A stretch of DNA of 64,000 nt, taken from Candidatus Latescibacterota bacterium. GTDB lineage: Bacteria; Latescibacterota; UBA2968; UBA8231. Below, in pieces: positions 47,132-56,108 of the stretch (its first letter is position 1; every line of letters starts with the position of its first letter). The stretch covers positions 5,312,001-5,376,000 of the forward strand of contig OZ253462.1 in assembly GCA_965261395.1 (NCBI GenBank), read 5' to 3'. A model generated the notes under the pieces. That model had not been told where the DNA came from, did not search any database, and saw nothing but the letters and a program-made list of their open reading frames with translations. Made by a program: the position numbers and the translations under genes.

Positions 47132-49138
47132 ATGTCCCCCACCCTATTCGACCGCACCCTGTTACCCGAGGCCCTAGGCGAATTCGTCGTCATCTCCGAT
47201 ACCCACTATGCGCTAGCAGGGGGCGTCGGGATGAGCGAATTCCCCTCCCGCGCCCAACAGAGCCGACGGGCGGCCGCGGCATTGCGTCTGGTCGCCGCCT
47301 TGGAACCGGATTTTGTCGTCCACATGGGCGATGTGGTGCAAGAATACCCCGGGAGCGCGGGCTTTGTCCCGGCTTTAGACCAAGCCCTAGAGCAGATGGC
47401 GGCCTGCGGCGTGCAGCCGCGCTGGGTGGCCGGCAACCACGACGTGGGCGACAAACCCGACCCTACCATGCCGACCCATCCGGTTACGGCCGAGGGGCTG
47501 GCCGCATACCACCGGCGCTTTGGCCCGTCCTGGTACAGCTTTGACCATCACGACCTGCACTTGGTGGTACTCAACAGCCAAATTCTGAACACCGGCCTGC
47601 CGGCAGAAGAAGAGCAAAGGACTTGGTTGGAGGCAGACCTAACCACGCATGCCCAGATGCGCATCGCGGTATTTTTGCACCTGCCACCCTATCTGCACAA
47701 CCCCGCTGAGCCGCATCTGGGGCACTACGACAACATCGGCGAACCGGCCCGCACTTGGCTGCTAAAATTGTTGGCCGCCCACCGGGTAGCTTGGCTTTTT
47801 GCGGCCCACGTGCACTTTGCCTTTTGCGATCCAGCGGGGGCCTTGGACTATCGCACCGTCCCCTCCACTTCTTTTGTGCGGCCCGGTTTTAGCCACTTGT
47901 TCAACGGCGCACCGCCGCCCGAGCAAGGCCGCAACGACCAGCCCAAGTTGGGCTTTTTCCTGTGCCGCCTGCGCCACAACCGACTCGACATCCACCTGAT
48001 TCGCACCGCCGGGACACAGGATTGGACGCCGGGCCCGCGGCGGCTGCTCACCCCAGCAACCGCCGACTTGGGCGGGGGACCATTGGGGCTGACCGCGACT
48101 CATCCACTCGGTTGGGAAACGCAAGTTCCCATAACCTTTCCCTCGGTGATACGCCAGCCAGTGCGCAACGACTATCCCCTGCTGGCCTGTCTGGAGCTGG
48201 GCGCACAGGCTCTGCGCTGCCCTTGGACCGACTTGAACCAGTCCGGCGACCACCTGCGCTTTTTGCGCAGCCAAGGCGTCCAAGTGCAAGCGACCATTCT
48301 CGACGACGAGAACACTCCTTACGAGTCCATCCTGGAAAGTCGCCGCGACCAAGTGGATACTTGGGAGATCCAGATGCCGGGCGGGCCTTGGCCATCGTCG
48401 TCGTGTCTGTATTTGTTCAAGAGCTACCACCGCAATCTGCGGCTGTCTTTGGCCCCGGTGATCCCCGGCCAGCAGATAGCCGGCAAGCAGCACCCCCGCA
48501 CCCGGGTCGGCTACCGGCCCGACGAAGTGGCCCAACTCGACCGTCTATTGCAAAACGCAGATACCTGGATAGAAGCGGCCCTGTGCCGACTGGACGCAAC
48601 GGCCCCTTGGGAAGACGCCTTGGCTTGGCGCGAGGTTGGTGCCCTGACCACGATGGGGCGGCTGGATTTGCTCTTTGAATTGCCGGGGCAAAGCGACCAA
48701 GACGATACGCTCCAAGCCGCGGAGGCGCTCTTCGCCACTGCGCTGCTGCCGAGGGCGCGGCTCTTTGTCGAACCTTTTATCGATCTGGACCGCACCATGG
48801 ATGTCGGTCAGGGGCTTTTGGATCCCCTGTGCAACCCCCGCCCCGTCTTTGGCGTCCTGCGCTGCCTCAATGCGCTGCTACAGCGCTTTCGCGTGCCCTT
48901 TGCCGAGGCTACCAGCGCGGAAGGCGACGGAGCAACAGTGCGGCTGCTCCGAGGGCCGACCCGCACGTTGGCCCTGCTGTTGCCAGCAGTTGCGGGTTCT
49001 ACGGTTCCATCCACTTGGGAGATTACCGGATCGGCGCGGCTTTATCGCCTAGCCGACGGCACCGTAGAAGAGATGGAGGCCGAGCGGCTTTCAGAAGTGG
49101 CGCTCGACCAGCCGAGCTTGGTGATCGTCGAAAATTAG
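47132..49138 (+). CDS. Calcineurin-like metallophosphoesterase with long C-terminal extension
   Basis: SDTH, GDVV, GNHD, FLH and AHVH metal motifs in the first ~240 aa. Confidence 0.85.
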   Translation: MSPTLFDRTLLPEALGEFVVISDTHYALAGGVGMSEFPSRAQQSRRAAAALRLVAALEPDFVVHMGDVVQEYPGSAGFVPALDQALEQMAACGVQPRWVAGNHDVGDKPDPTMPTHPVTAEGLAAYHRRFGPSWYSFDHHDLHLVVLNSQILNTGLPAEEEQRTWLEADLTTHAQMRIAVFLHLPPYLHNPAEPHLGHYDNIGEPARTWLLKLLAAHRVAWLFAAHVHFAFCDPAGALDYRTVPSTSFVRPGFSHLFNGAPPPEQGRNDQPKLGFFLCRLRHNRLDIHLIRTAGTQDWTPGPRRLLTPATADLGGGPLGLTATHPLGWETQVPITFPSVIRQPVRNDYPLLACLELGAQALRCPWTDLNQSGDHLRFLRSQGVQVQATILDDENTPYESILESRRDQVDTWEIQMPGGPWPSSSCLYLFKSYHRNLRLSLAPVIPGQQIAGKQHPRTRVGYRPDEVAQLDRLLQNADTWIEAALCRLDATAPWEDALAWREVGALTTMGRLDLLFELPGQSDQDDTLQAAEALFATALLPRARLFVEPFIDLDRTMDVGQGLLDPLCNPRPVFGVLRCLNALLQRFRVPFAEATSAEGDGATVRLLRGPTRTLALLLPAVAGSTVPSTWEITGSARLYRLADGTVEEMEAERLSEVALDQPSLVIVEN

Positions 49139-49824
49139 TCGATGTGCTCGGTGCGGTCCGAATCGAGCAGCGCGCGCACTTCCTCAATATTGTCCAGCCC
49201 CAGCCGGACTCGGCGGGTGAGGTTTTCTTCGGCCTCGCGCACCTTGGGCAAGGTTTCCACCACATGGTCGAACTGGTCGTGAGGGATGACCACCACCCCG
49301 TCGCGGTCGGCGACGACAATCTCACCCGCATCGACGCAGGTCCCGCCCATGACCACGGGCATCCCGGCGGTACCCGGTCCATTGCGAGTACAAGAATTGG
49401 GGGTGATGCCCATGCAGAAGGCAGGCAGGCCAACGGGCAGGATGCCGTCGATGTCGCGCATCAGACCGTCGGTGACAAAGCCGGCGACACCTCGGTTGCG
49501 CCCCATAGCTATCATGATGTCGCCGGCGATCGCGGTGCGAGTGAACGTATCCGTGGCGATGAAGATCGCGTCCCCCGGCTGCGCGATCTCGAGCGCGGCA
49601 AAGACGGCGAGGTTGTCGCCCGGCCCCGGATGACAGGTGACGATGGGCGCGACGAGCTTGCAGTTGTTGGGATCGAGCGGCTTGATGCGGTAGTCGAGCG
49701 CGCCGCGACCGTTCATGCAATCGACGATAAAGCCAGTGGGAACACTGCGCAGGGCGCGCAGGACAGCTTCCGAGGGCCGCGGAAAATTGCGGCGGACCGT
49801 GAGTAGCGGGGGGTCCTTAATCAT
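49135..49824 (-). CDS. RraA family / HMG-CHA aldolase-like protein
   Basis: PGDNLA, AQPGD, GDIM, DGLMRD and GEIVVADRDGVVVIP motifs. Confidence 0.9.
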   Translation of the reverse strand: MIKDPPLLTVRRNFPRPSEAVLRALRSVPTGFIVDCMNGRGALDYRIKPLDPNNCKLVAPIVTCHPGPGDNLAVFAALEIAQPGDAIFIATDTFTRTAIAGDIMIAMGRNRGVAGFVTDGLMRDIDGILPVGLPAFCMGITPNSCTRNGPGTAGMPVVMGGTCVDAGEIVVADRDGVVVIPHDQFDHVVETLPKVREAEENLTRRVRLGLDNIEEVRALLDSDRTEHID

Positions 49825-49854
49825 GTTAGCTCCAAAGGTGAATGAAGGCGGACT

Positions 49855-49884
49855 ATTCTATAAGAGGCCAAGGGCAGTTGTCAA
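49855..49884 (-). promoter_or_regulatory. Sigma70-type promoter for the RraA-family gene
   Basis: Minus strand TTGACA-18 nt-TAGAAT. Confidence 0.55.
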
Positions 49885-49945
49885 ATCCTAGATCCGGGCG
49901 GCCCTACCATCGAAAAACACCCGATGTGGGTTTTGATTCCGCTTT

Positions 49946-51112
49946 TCAGCGCTCCACCGCGCGGCCCCAAGGCCCAGGGATGTAAGGGAAGCGCGTTTCG
50001 AGGTCGTCAGCCAGCTCCACACCCCAGCCGGGCGCGTCGGGCAGCGCGAGAGAGCCTTCGGTCGCGGGCGGGTCTTTGAGGATGTCCCATTGCAACGGCC
50101 CTTGGCCGATGAACATTTCCAGCACGTGCTCTTTGGGGAGAGCGGCGAGGAAGTGGGCATTGGCTATGGTCAACAGACCGTTGTGCCAGTTCTGAGTAAA
50201 AAGCTCAATGCCGTGCTCTTTGGCGCGATGGTAGATGCGGATGGCCTCGCCGAGGCTGCAAACGCCGACATCGAGCTGGCCTTTGGCGTACGCTTTTTGC
50301 GCGAAGAACGGCTCGAACTGGTCGAGGGCCGTGTTGGATTCGCCGCCGGTGATGGGCAGATGCAATTCGGCGTTGAGGCGGGCGTAGCCGTCGATCTGGT
50401 CCTTGGGCAGCGGTTCTTCAAACCAAGTCCAGCCCGCCTCGTCGAGAAAGTGGCCGATCTCGCGGGCCTGCGCCTCGTCGAGGCGGCAATTGCCCTCCAG
50501 CATCAGCTCCATGCGCTCGCCCACTGCGTCGGTCACCTGGCGCAACAGGTCGATCATCTGCGCGACGGTGACGCCCGACCACGACCACTCGGTGCCCAGC
50601 CGCATCTTATAGGCGGTGAAGCCCCGGTCGGCGAGGGCACGAGCTTCATCCACGACCGATGAGGGGCGATCATCCCAGTCGTACTGCACGCCACCCGAAG
50701 CATAAAGGCGCAGGCGGGTGCGCGGTTTGCGCTCGGGGGTATCGGGTGTGATGAGGGGGACGATGAGTTCGGCGACTGTCTTGTTTTGCGCCTTGGCGCG
50801 CAGATCCCACAGTGCCAGTTCGAGACCAGCCCAGGCAATGTGCAGCGAACGGTCGCCGGTAGGTTTGGGCGCGAGGTCCGGGTCGAGCGGGTCGCAACCG
50901 ATGAGACTGGGCTTGAGGGCGTCGAGCCGCTGGCGAATGATCGGTGGATCGCCATAGGTGGAAGGTTCGGCAATGCCCTGTAAGCCAGCGTCCGTGTCGA
51001 TGATGACTACGGGACAGTCGGCTTTTTCCACGTGGAAGGCGGCGCTAAACCACTGACGGTCGGGTTCGTGGGGACGGGAAAGGCAAAGGGTGCGGATGTC
51101 GGTAATTTTCAC
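49946..51112 (-). CDS. Mandelate racemase/muconate lactonizing enzyme family protein
   Basis: MKITDI, TDAGLQG, ELALWDL.AK, YASGG, WFEEP, GGES and PDAPGWGVE motifs. Confidence 0.9.
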   Translation of the reverse strand: MKITDIRTLCLSRPHEPDRQWFSAAFHVEKADCPVVIIDTDAGLQGIAEPSTYGDPPIIRQRLDALKPSLIGCDPLDPDLAPKPTGDRSLHIAWAGLELALWDLRAKAQNKTVAELIVPLITPDTPERKPRTRLRLYASGGVQYDWDDRPSSVVDEARALADRGFTAYKMRLGTEWSWSGVTVAQMIDLLRQVTDAVGERMELMLEGNCRLDEAQAREIGHFLDEAGWTWFEEPLPKDQIDGYARLNAELHLPITGGESNTALDQFEPFFAQKAYAKGQLDVGVCSLGEAIRIYHRAKEHGIELFTQNWHNGLLTIANAHFLAALPKEHVLEMFIGQGPLQWDILKDPPATEGSLALPDAPGWGVELADDLETRFPYIPGPWGRAVER

Positions 51113-51121
51113 GGGGACTCC

Positions 51122-52156
51122 TTAGTGTGTGTTGCGTACCCAGTCCAGCGAAAAGCGGGCCAAGGTCAGGCGCTCGTAGGGCTGCTCGGCACCGCATTCA
51201 TAGAGACAGGCGGCGCGGCCATCGGGCAGAGCAGCCAGACAGGAGTACGCTGCCGGGCCGGGATGCAGAACGCGGGCGCAGACCCACGTTTGGCCGTCGT
51301 CATCGCTGAGCCGCACGGTCATATTCTGGCGGCCCTCGGCGCTGGCGGGGTTGGAAAAGAGCAAGCTAGTGCCGACCCGGCGGATGCTGGCCTGGCAGAT
51401 CGGCTCGACAAGGACAGGATCGCGCGCTAGCGACGACCAGCTCTGGCCGCCGTCGTCGCTAAACGAAAAAGCGCGGGCGCGGATGCTTGGATCGTAGTTG
51501 CGCATATTGAGCAGCAGACGACCGTCCTGTAGCTCGACGACTTCGCACTCGTTGACTTGGTCTTGCGGAGTCGAGCCGCCGAGCCGCCAGCTTTGGCCGC
51601 CGTCGTCGCTGAGCAGGACGTGCGAGTAGTATTTCTTGCTGCCCGCTTCAATGTGGTCGCAGGGGATGACGAGCCGGCCGGTGGCTAGCTGGATGCCAGC
51701 GCCTGGGCCAGTGGCGTACCAGGTCCAGTTAGGTTGCTTAGCTACGGAAGTGATCTCCACGGGAGGAGACCAAGTGCGTCCGTCGTCCTCGCTGCGCGTC
51801 AGCCACACCGTGCGGGTGCCCTCGCTGGTTTGGTCGATGATATCGGGCTCGTGGTCGTGGCCGAGATTGTGGGTCATCAGTAGAGCAATCGCACCCGTGC
51901 AGGCATCGACCACCGGACAGGGATTGCCGCAGGTGTTCGGGCCGTCGTCCCACACCAGCTCGTAGGGAGCAAACGTCTGCCCGCCATCGTCGCTGCGCCG
52001 CAGCAGCATGTCGATGTCGCCGGTGTCGCCGCGAGCGTTTTTGCGGCCCTCGCAAAAGGCGAGCACCGTGCCGGTGAGCGTGGTAATCAGGGCTGGGATG
52101 CGGAAGGTGTGGTAGCCTTGGGTCCCGCTCTCGAAGAGGTCGATGGAATCGATCAT
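51122..52156 (-). CDS. Exo-alpha-sialidase (GH33), no signal peptide
   Basis: FRIP motif; five Asp-boxes (SxDxGxxW/F); NE, AYS and YE catalytic motifs. Confidence 0.93.
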   Translation of the reverse strand: MIDSIDLFESGTQGYHTFRIPALITTLTGTVLAFCEGRKNARGDTGDIDMLLRRSDDGGQTFAPYELVWDDGPNTCGNPCPVVDACTGAIALLMTHNLGHDHEPDIIDQTSEGTRTVWLTRSEDDGRTWSPPVEITSVAKQPNWTWYATGPGAGIQLATGRLVIPCDHIEAGSKKYYSHVLLSDDGGQSWRLGGSTPQDQVNECEVVELQDGRLLLNMRNYDPSIRARAFSFSDDGGQSWSSLARDPVLVEPICQASIRRVGTSLLFSNPASAEGRQNMTVRLSDDDGQTWVCARVLHPGPAAYSCLAALPDGRAACLYECGAEQPYERLTLARFSLDWVRNTH

Positions 52157-52188
52157 GCCGTTGGTTGCTCCTTTACATTAAGGGCGTC

Positions 52189-52218
52189 AATATACTCCGT
52201 CTAATCGGAGTAGAGCAA
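52189..52218 (-). promoter_or_regulatory. Sigma70-like promoter with an overlapping 7-bp inverted repeat (operator candidate)
   Basis: Minus strand TTGCTC-18 nt-TATATT; TACTCCG-6 nt-CGGAGTA at 52193-52212. Confidence 0.5.
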
Positions 52219-52346
52219 GGGCATCTCCTAGAGCGGTTGCAGGGAAAAAGTACATCTGAGTAGATTCGGGTCGTTCACTTCTTTGCTACTGAGACGACAT
52301 GTAGGGATGCAGGACTAATGCTCCATTAAACGGGAGGAAACAAGGC

Positions 52347-53726
52347 ATGGACCCCATAGCAGAACTAGCCGAATTCGACCGCGAGACCGTCGCCCAAGCC
52401 AAAGCCGTCGAGCAGCGGATCCAAGCCGAGGGCTTTGCCGCCGGGCACATCATCCGCGACGTGCGCGTCTTCCGGGTGCTGATGCCCTGGGTTGGGACCA
52501 AGCGCTGGGATGGCTCGGCCGAGGGATTTACTTTTGCCGAGTTCGAGACCGACAAGGGCTTGGTCGGCATTGCCGAAGGAGCCAACTCGGACGCCGAAGA
52601 ATTAAAGAGCAAAGTCCTAGGTAAAAATCCTTTTGACCCCCATATCCGCGCCGATATGGGCCTAGCCTACTGGGATCTGATCGGCAAAATCGCCAACCGA
52701 CCGTTGGGCCAGTACTTGCACGAACTCTTCGCGCTAGAGACCCCCCTAACAGAGCGCGTACCAATGTCGGCCTATACTTGGTATAGTTTCCCCGACCTCA
52801 ACGGCGAAAACGCCGTCACCTTTGAGAGCTATCCAGCCTACGTGCAGGGCATTATCCGCACCCACGGCTTCCACAACATCAAGCTCTCGATGTGCGATTT
52901 TGAGCCGCAGCACTATGTAGAATTGGTGCGCAACATCCGCGCGGCAGTAGGGCCGGACGTGGACATCCGCGTCGATCCACACGCTTCTTGGGGCGAAGCG
53001 CAGGCGCTGCGCTTTATGCGCGAGGTAGAAGACTACCATCTGGAGTGGATTGAGGAACCGGTGGGCGGGCGTTTCGATCACATCTTTCGCGCTGGCCATC
53101 GCCTGCGGCTGTTGAGTACCATACCGATCTCGTCGCACGCTTGGCTGCCACCGCTGCTACCGCATTCCGATGCCAAGGGTCGCTACGGCGATGGTACCCT
53201 AGACGCGGCGCTGGATCTGGACGCGCTGCGGCGCTGGCAGCCAGCCGACATTTCCGCTCCCGACGCGTACGCGGGGCCGCTGGCGCTCAAGCGCTACTAC
53301 GACGCGGCGCGCTTTATGGGCATGGGGATCGGCATGCACAGCGCGTATGAACTGGGACCGGCAACGGCGATCCGCCTGCACATCGCGGCCTTCACCTTTC
53401 CCTACGAAATCCCCTATCACATCGTCTGGGGGCGAGACCGCGCCTTTCCGCCCTTCTCGGCGCACGCGATCGACGCGCATTACAACCAGTGGGCCGACGA
53501 CGTGATCTGCGGCGGCAAGATGACTTATGATCAGGGGTTCCTCACCGTGCCCAAGGAACCGGGGCTGGGCGTCGAACTCGATCCCGAACGCCTGCGCCAC
53601 TACGCCTTCAGCCAAGAGAAGGCCGCAGCCCATACCCGCCATATCGAACAGATCCGCGCAACCCATCTCGACGCGCTCGGCTGGCGGGTGGAGCGCAGCG
53701 GCTGGCGGCGCTATCGGGCGCGCTAA
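52347..53726 (+). CDS. Divergent enolase-superfamily protein (glucarate dehydratase-like fold)
   Basis: ETDKGLVG, AYWDLIGK, RVDPH, WIEEP, GMHS and PKEPGLGVELD motifs; GGAGG RBS. Confidence 0.85.
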   Translation: MDPIAELAEFDRETVAQAKAVEQRIQAEGFAAGHIIRDVRVFRVLMPWVGTKRWDGSAEGFTFAEFETDKGLVGIAEGANSDAEELKSKVLGKNPFDPHIRADMGLAYWDLIGKIANRPLGQYLHELFALETPLTERVPMSAYTWYSFPDLNGENAVTFESYPAYVQGIIRTHGFHNIKLSMCDFEPQHYVELVRNIRAAVGPDVDIRVDPHASWGEAQALRFMREVEDYHLEWIEEPVGGRFDHIFRAGHRLRLLSTIPISSHAWLPPLLPHSDAKGRYGDGTLDAALDLDALRRWQPADISAPDAYAGPLALKRYYDAARFMGMGIGMHSAYELGPATAIRLHIAAFTFPYEIPYHIVWGRDRAFPPFSAHAIDAHYNQWADDVICGGKMTYDQGFLTVPKEPGLGVELDPERLRHYAFSQEKAAAHTRHIEQIRATHLDALGWRVERSGWRRYRAR

Positions 53727-53752
53727 ACCACAAAGGCGATGGAGCCTTTGGA

Positions 53753-56098
53753 TCAGTAGGCGACGGCAAAGGAGCGGATGGCAATGTCCTCGCCGGCATC
53801 GGCCCCGAGATCTACGTGCAGGAGGTAGATCCCCGGTTCGACTAACGCACCGCTGTCGTCGTGCCCCGACCAAGTATAGTGCTGCTGGACACCCGCTTGG
53901 GCTGCGACCAGCGAGGCCCGGTGGCGACCGGCGAGATCGTGGACGGAAATCTTGGGGACGGTCGCGGCTGCCTTGAAGACGACAAAACGCACCGCCAACA
54001 GGTCGTTGACACCATCGCTATTGGGGGTGAACACCTTGGGCACCTGCAGGTCGGCGATCAGCCGATCGCTGTCGGTCAATGCGGGCAGCATGACGATGTT
54101 GGAGCGGCGCTCCATGGCCTCGACCGACTGCCAGATTCCAGGTCGTGAGCCCAAGCCGAGATCCAAGGCGAAGACCGTGGCGTTTTGTATTACGCGGGTG
54201 GTGAACGAGACGCGAACGGAGTCACTGCGGACAGGGTCCGGCAGGACGACGACTAGCGAATCACCGCGTTGCTCCACTGCGGCGGGGGCGATGACCTGCC
54301 CCCCAATTTCGAGATCGACAGCGCTGGCCGCCGCGGAAAGCACGAAGCGCAGGCGGTCGAAACCGCTGTCCTGTTCCCCGGCCCCAGGCCAGAGGGTATA
54401 GGTGAAGCGGGTATCCGCGTTGGGGTGGGCTTCGCGGGGCTGGATACTGCCTTTGGCCTCCTGCAAGAAGGCGTCTTCAAAGTCGATGGACAGCGCGTTG
54501 ATCGCGGGGGCGACAGCGGGGGCGTCGGTGGCGAGGATCAGTTCCAACTGCAGAAAGCGGCGCGGATTTTGCGACTTGAAGGCCTCGCCGATCAATTTGT
54601 ACTCCTCGCTCCAGGCGTCCCAATCCTCTCCTACAACTATGGTGGTATCGATCCCCCCGCGCAGCACTTTGGGAGAACTGTTCCATTTTTCCTCGGTGAT
54701 CTTTTCGCCTCTTCGATCGTGGAAATCATAGATTTCGTTGAAGGTATTGCCCGAGCGCGAACGTAGTTGCAGACGTGCGCCGGGGGGCAGGTCCGCGTTC
54801 CAAGATAGCCCCTTGATGAACTTGGGACGCCCGTCGCCAGCTTCCGCCCCTAAATCGATAAAGCCCGAGTGCATGACCACCTCGGCGGGGTGCCCCGGCG
54901 AGAACAGCATGAGTTCGGCCCACTTGGAGTTCCAGCCGCTCGTGCTGTGGACGTGCCAGAGCAGATAGCGCACTCGGCGGGGCCGGAACTGATAGCGCAG
55001 GTAGTGCAGGCACTGGGGGCAGTTGTCCGGTTGGAAGAGTAACTCGTTGTACTCGAAGGGCTCGGGGACGGGCAGATCCGTGCCGATGGAAGGCGTGCCG
55101 TCTGAGGCGAGGATCGTAAAGCCCCGCGCAGACCCGGCGATAAACCCGGCAGTGCCCTCCTGCTCCTTGAGTACATAGATGAAGACCCCGTCGAGCCAAA
55201 ATACGGCTCCTAGGTCTGCGTAGAACCAAGTTCCCTGCTCCTGCCAACTGCGCTCCCGGCCGGCGAAGGAGACGGGGGCAATGGCGCTATTGGTGTTCAT
55301 ATTGGCGTCGAAGAGGCTGATATTGGAAACAGAGGTTAGGCCGTCGATGACGGAGCCGCGGCGCTCGAGGCCAATGGAGACGTTATCGCCGATGCCGATG
55401 ATCTCGATCTCGGAGAGTGCCCCTTCTGGGTCGAGGACCTCGACGGTAAAATTGATGTACTGGAGGAGCCGGTACTGGTCTTTTTCTTGCGGATCAATAT
55501 CGATATCTGGGTCGAGTACCTGCGATGTGGCCTTGGATATGAAAGCCAGTGGTATCGAAATCTCGGTCTCCTCGTTGGGGCGAGTAGTGCGATAGACGGG
55601 GTCGAAGAGGAAGAGATCGTCGAGGGGATCAGACGTCACACCGGTGGCGATGAAGACAGTGAATTGCCGGAAGGGCCGCGCGCCTTGTTGGTCGGGGAAG
55701 GTGAGGCGAATTTCCTTGGCTAGTACTGCGCGTCCTAGGTCAATCTGCACGAACCACTCGCCGACGACCGCGTCCGGGTCGGGCTTCCAAAAGGTGCTAG
55801 GGTCGCCGTCGATGACGTGCCCTGCCGTAGCTTGGCCGCTACCGACCTCCCATAAGCCGCCGGCGACGGCGTCGCGGGTCTTAGTCGGGTGGGTGAAGAG
55901 GGGGGCATCGGCGATCACGTTAGTGTTCTTGTGGTACTTGACTAACTGTAGCTGGCCCCTCTCACCGATTTGCACTAGGCCGAACGGTGCCTCCCAACTC
56001 GCCCAGTCCTCAGCGCTGTCGAAGGTCAAGCGCTCGGCCGAGCTGGGGCGGACGGACGATAATAGAAACAGACCGCAGAGTAAAAGGCCAATACGCAC
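53753..56098 (-). CDS. Secreted discoidin-like + FlgD/CTD-like domain protein (paralog A1)
   Basis: Start reassigned to GTG 56098 (RBS AGGAG; VRIGLLLCGLFLLSSVRPSSA|E); IDGDPSTFW, IDLGRAV, GDNVSIG, DLGAVFW, RSRSGN; C-terminal FTPNSDGVND..WSGHD..PGIY. Confidence 0.85.
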   Translation of the reverse strand: MRIGLLLCGLFLLSSVRPSSAERLTFDSAEDWASWEAPFGLVQIGERGQLQLVKYHKNTNVIADAPLFTHPTKTRDAVAGGLWEVGSGQATAGHVIDGDPSTFWKPDPDAVVGEWFVQIDLGRAVLAKEIRLTFPDQQGARPFRQFTVFIATGVTSDPLDDLFLFDPVYRTTRPNEETEISIPLAFISKATSQVLDPDIDIDPQEKDQYRLLQYINFTVEVLDPEGALSEIEIIGIGDNVSIGLERRGSVIDGLTSVSNISLFDANMNTNSAIAPVSFAGRERSWQEQGTWFYADLGAVFWLDGVFIYVLKEQEGTAGFIAGSARGFTILASDGTPSIGTDLPVPEPFEYNELLFQPDNCPQCLHYLRYQFRPRRVRYLLWHVHSTSGWNSKWAELMLFSPGHPAEVVMHSGFIDLGAEAGDGRPKFIKGLSWNADLPPGARLQLRSRSGNTFNEIYDFHDRRGEKITEEKWNSSPKVLRGGIDTTIVVGEDWDAWSEEYKLIGEAFKSQNPRRFLQLELILATDAPAVAPAINALSIDFEDAFLQEAKGSIQPREAHPNADTRFTYTLWPGAGEQDSGFDRLRFVLSAAASAVDLEIGGQVIAPAAVEQRGDSLVVVLPDPVRSDSVRVSFTTRVIQNATVFALDLGLGSRPGIWQSVEAMERRSNIVMLPALTDSDRLIADLQVPKVFTPNSDGVNDLLAVRFVVFKAAATVPKISVHDLAGRHRASLVAAQAGVQQHYTWSGHDDSGALVEPGIYLLHVDLGADAGEDIAIRSFAVAY

Positions 56099-56108
56099 GT
56101 TGACTCTC

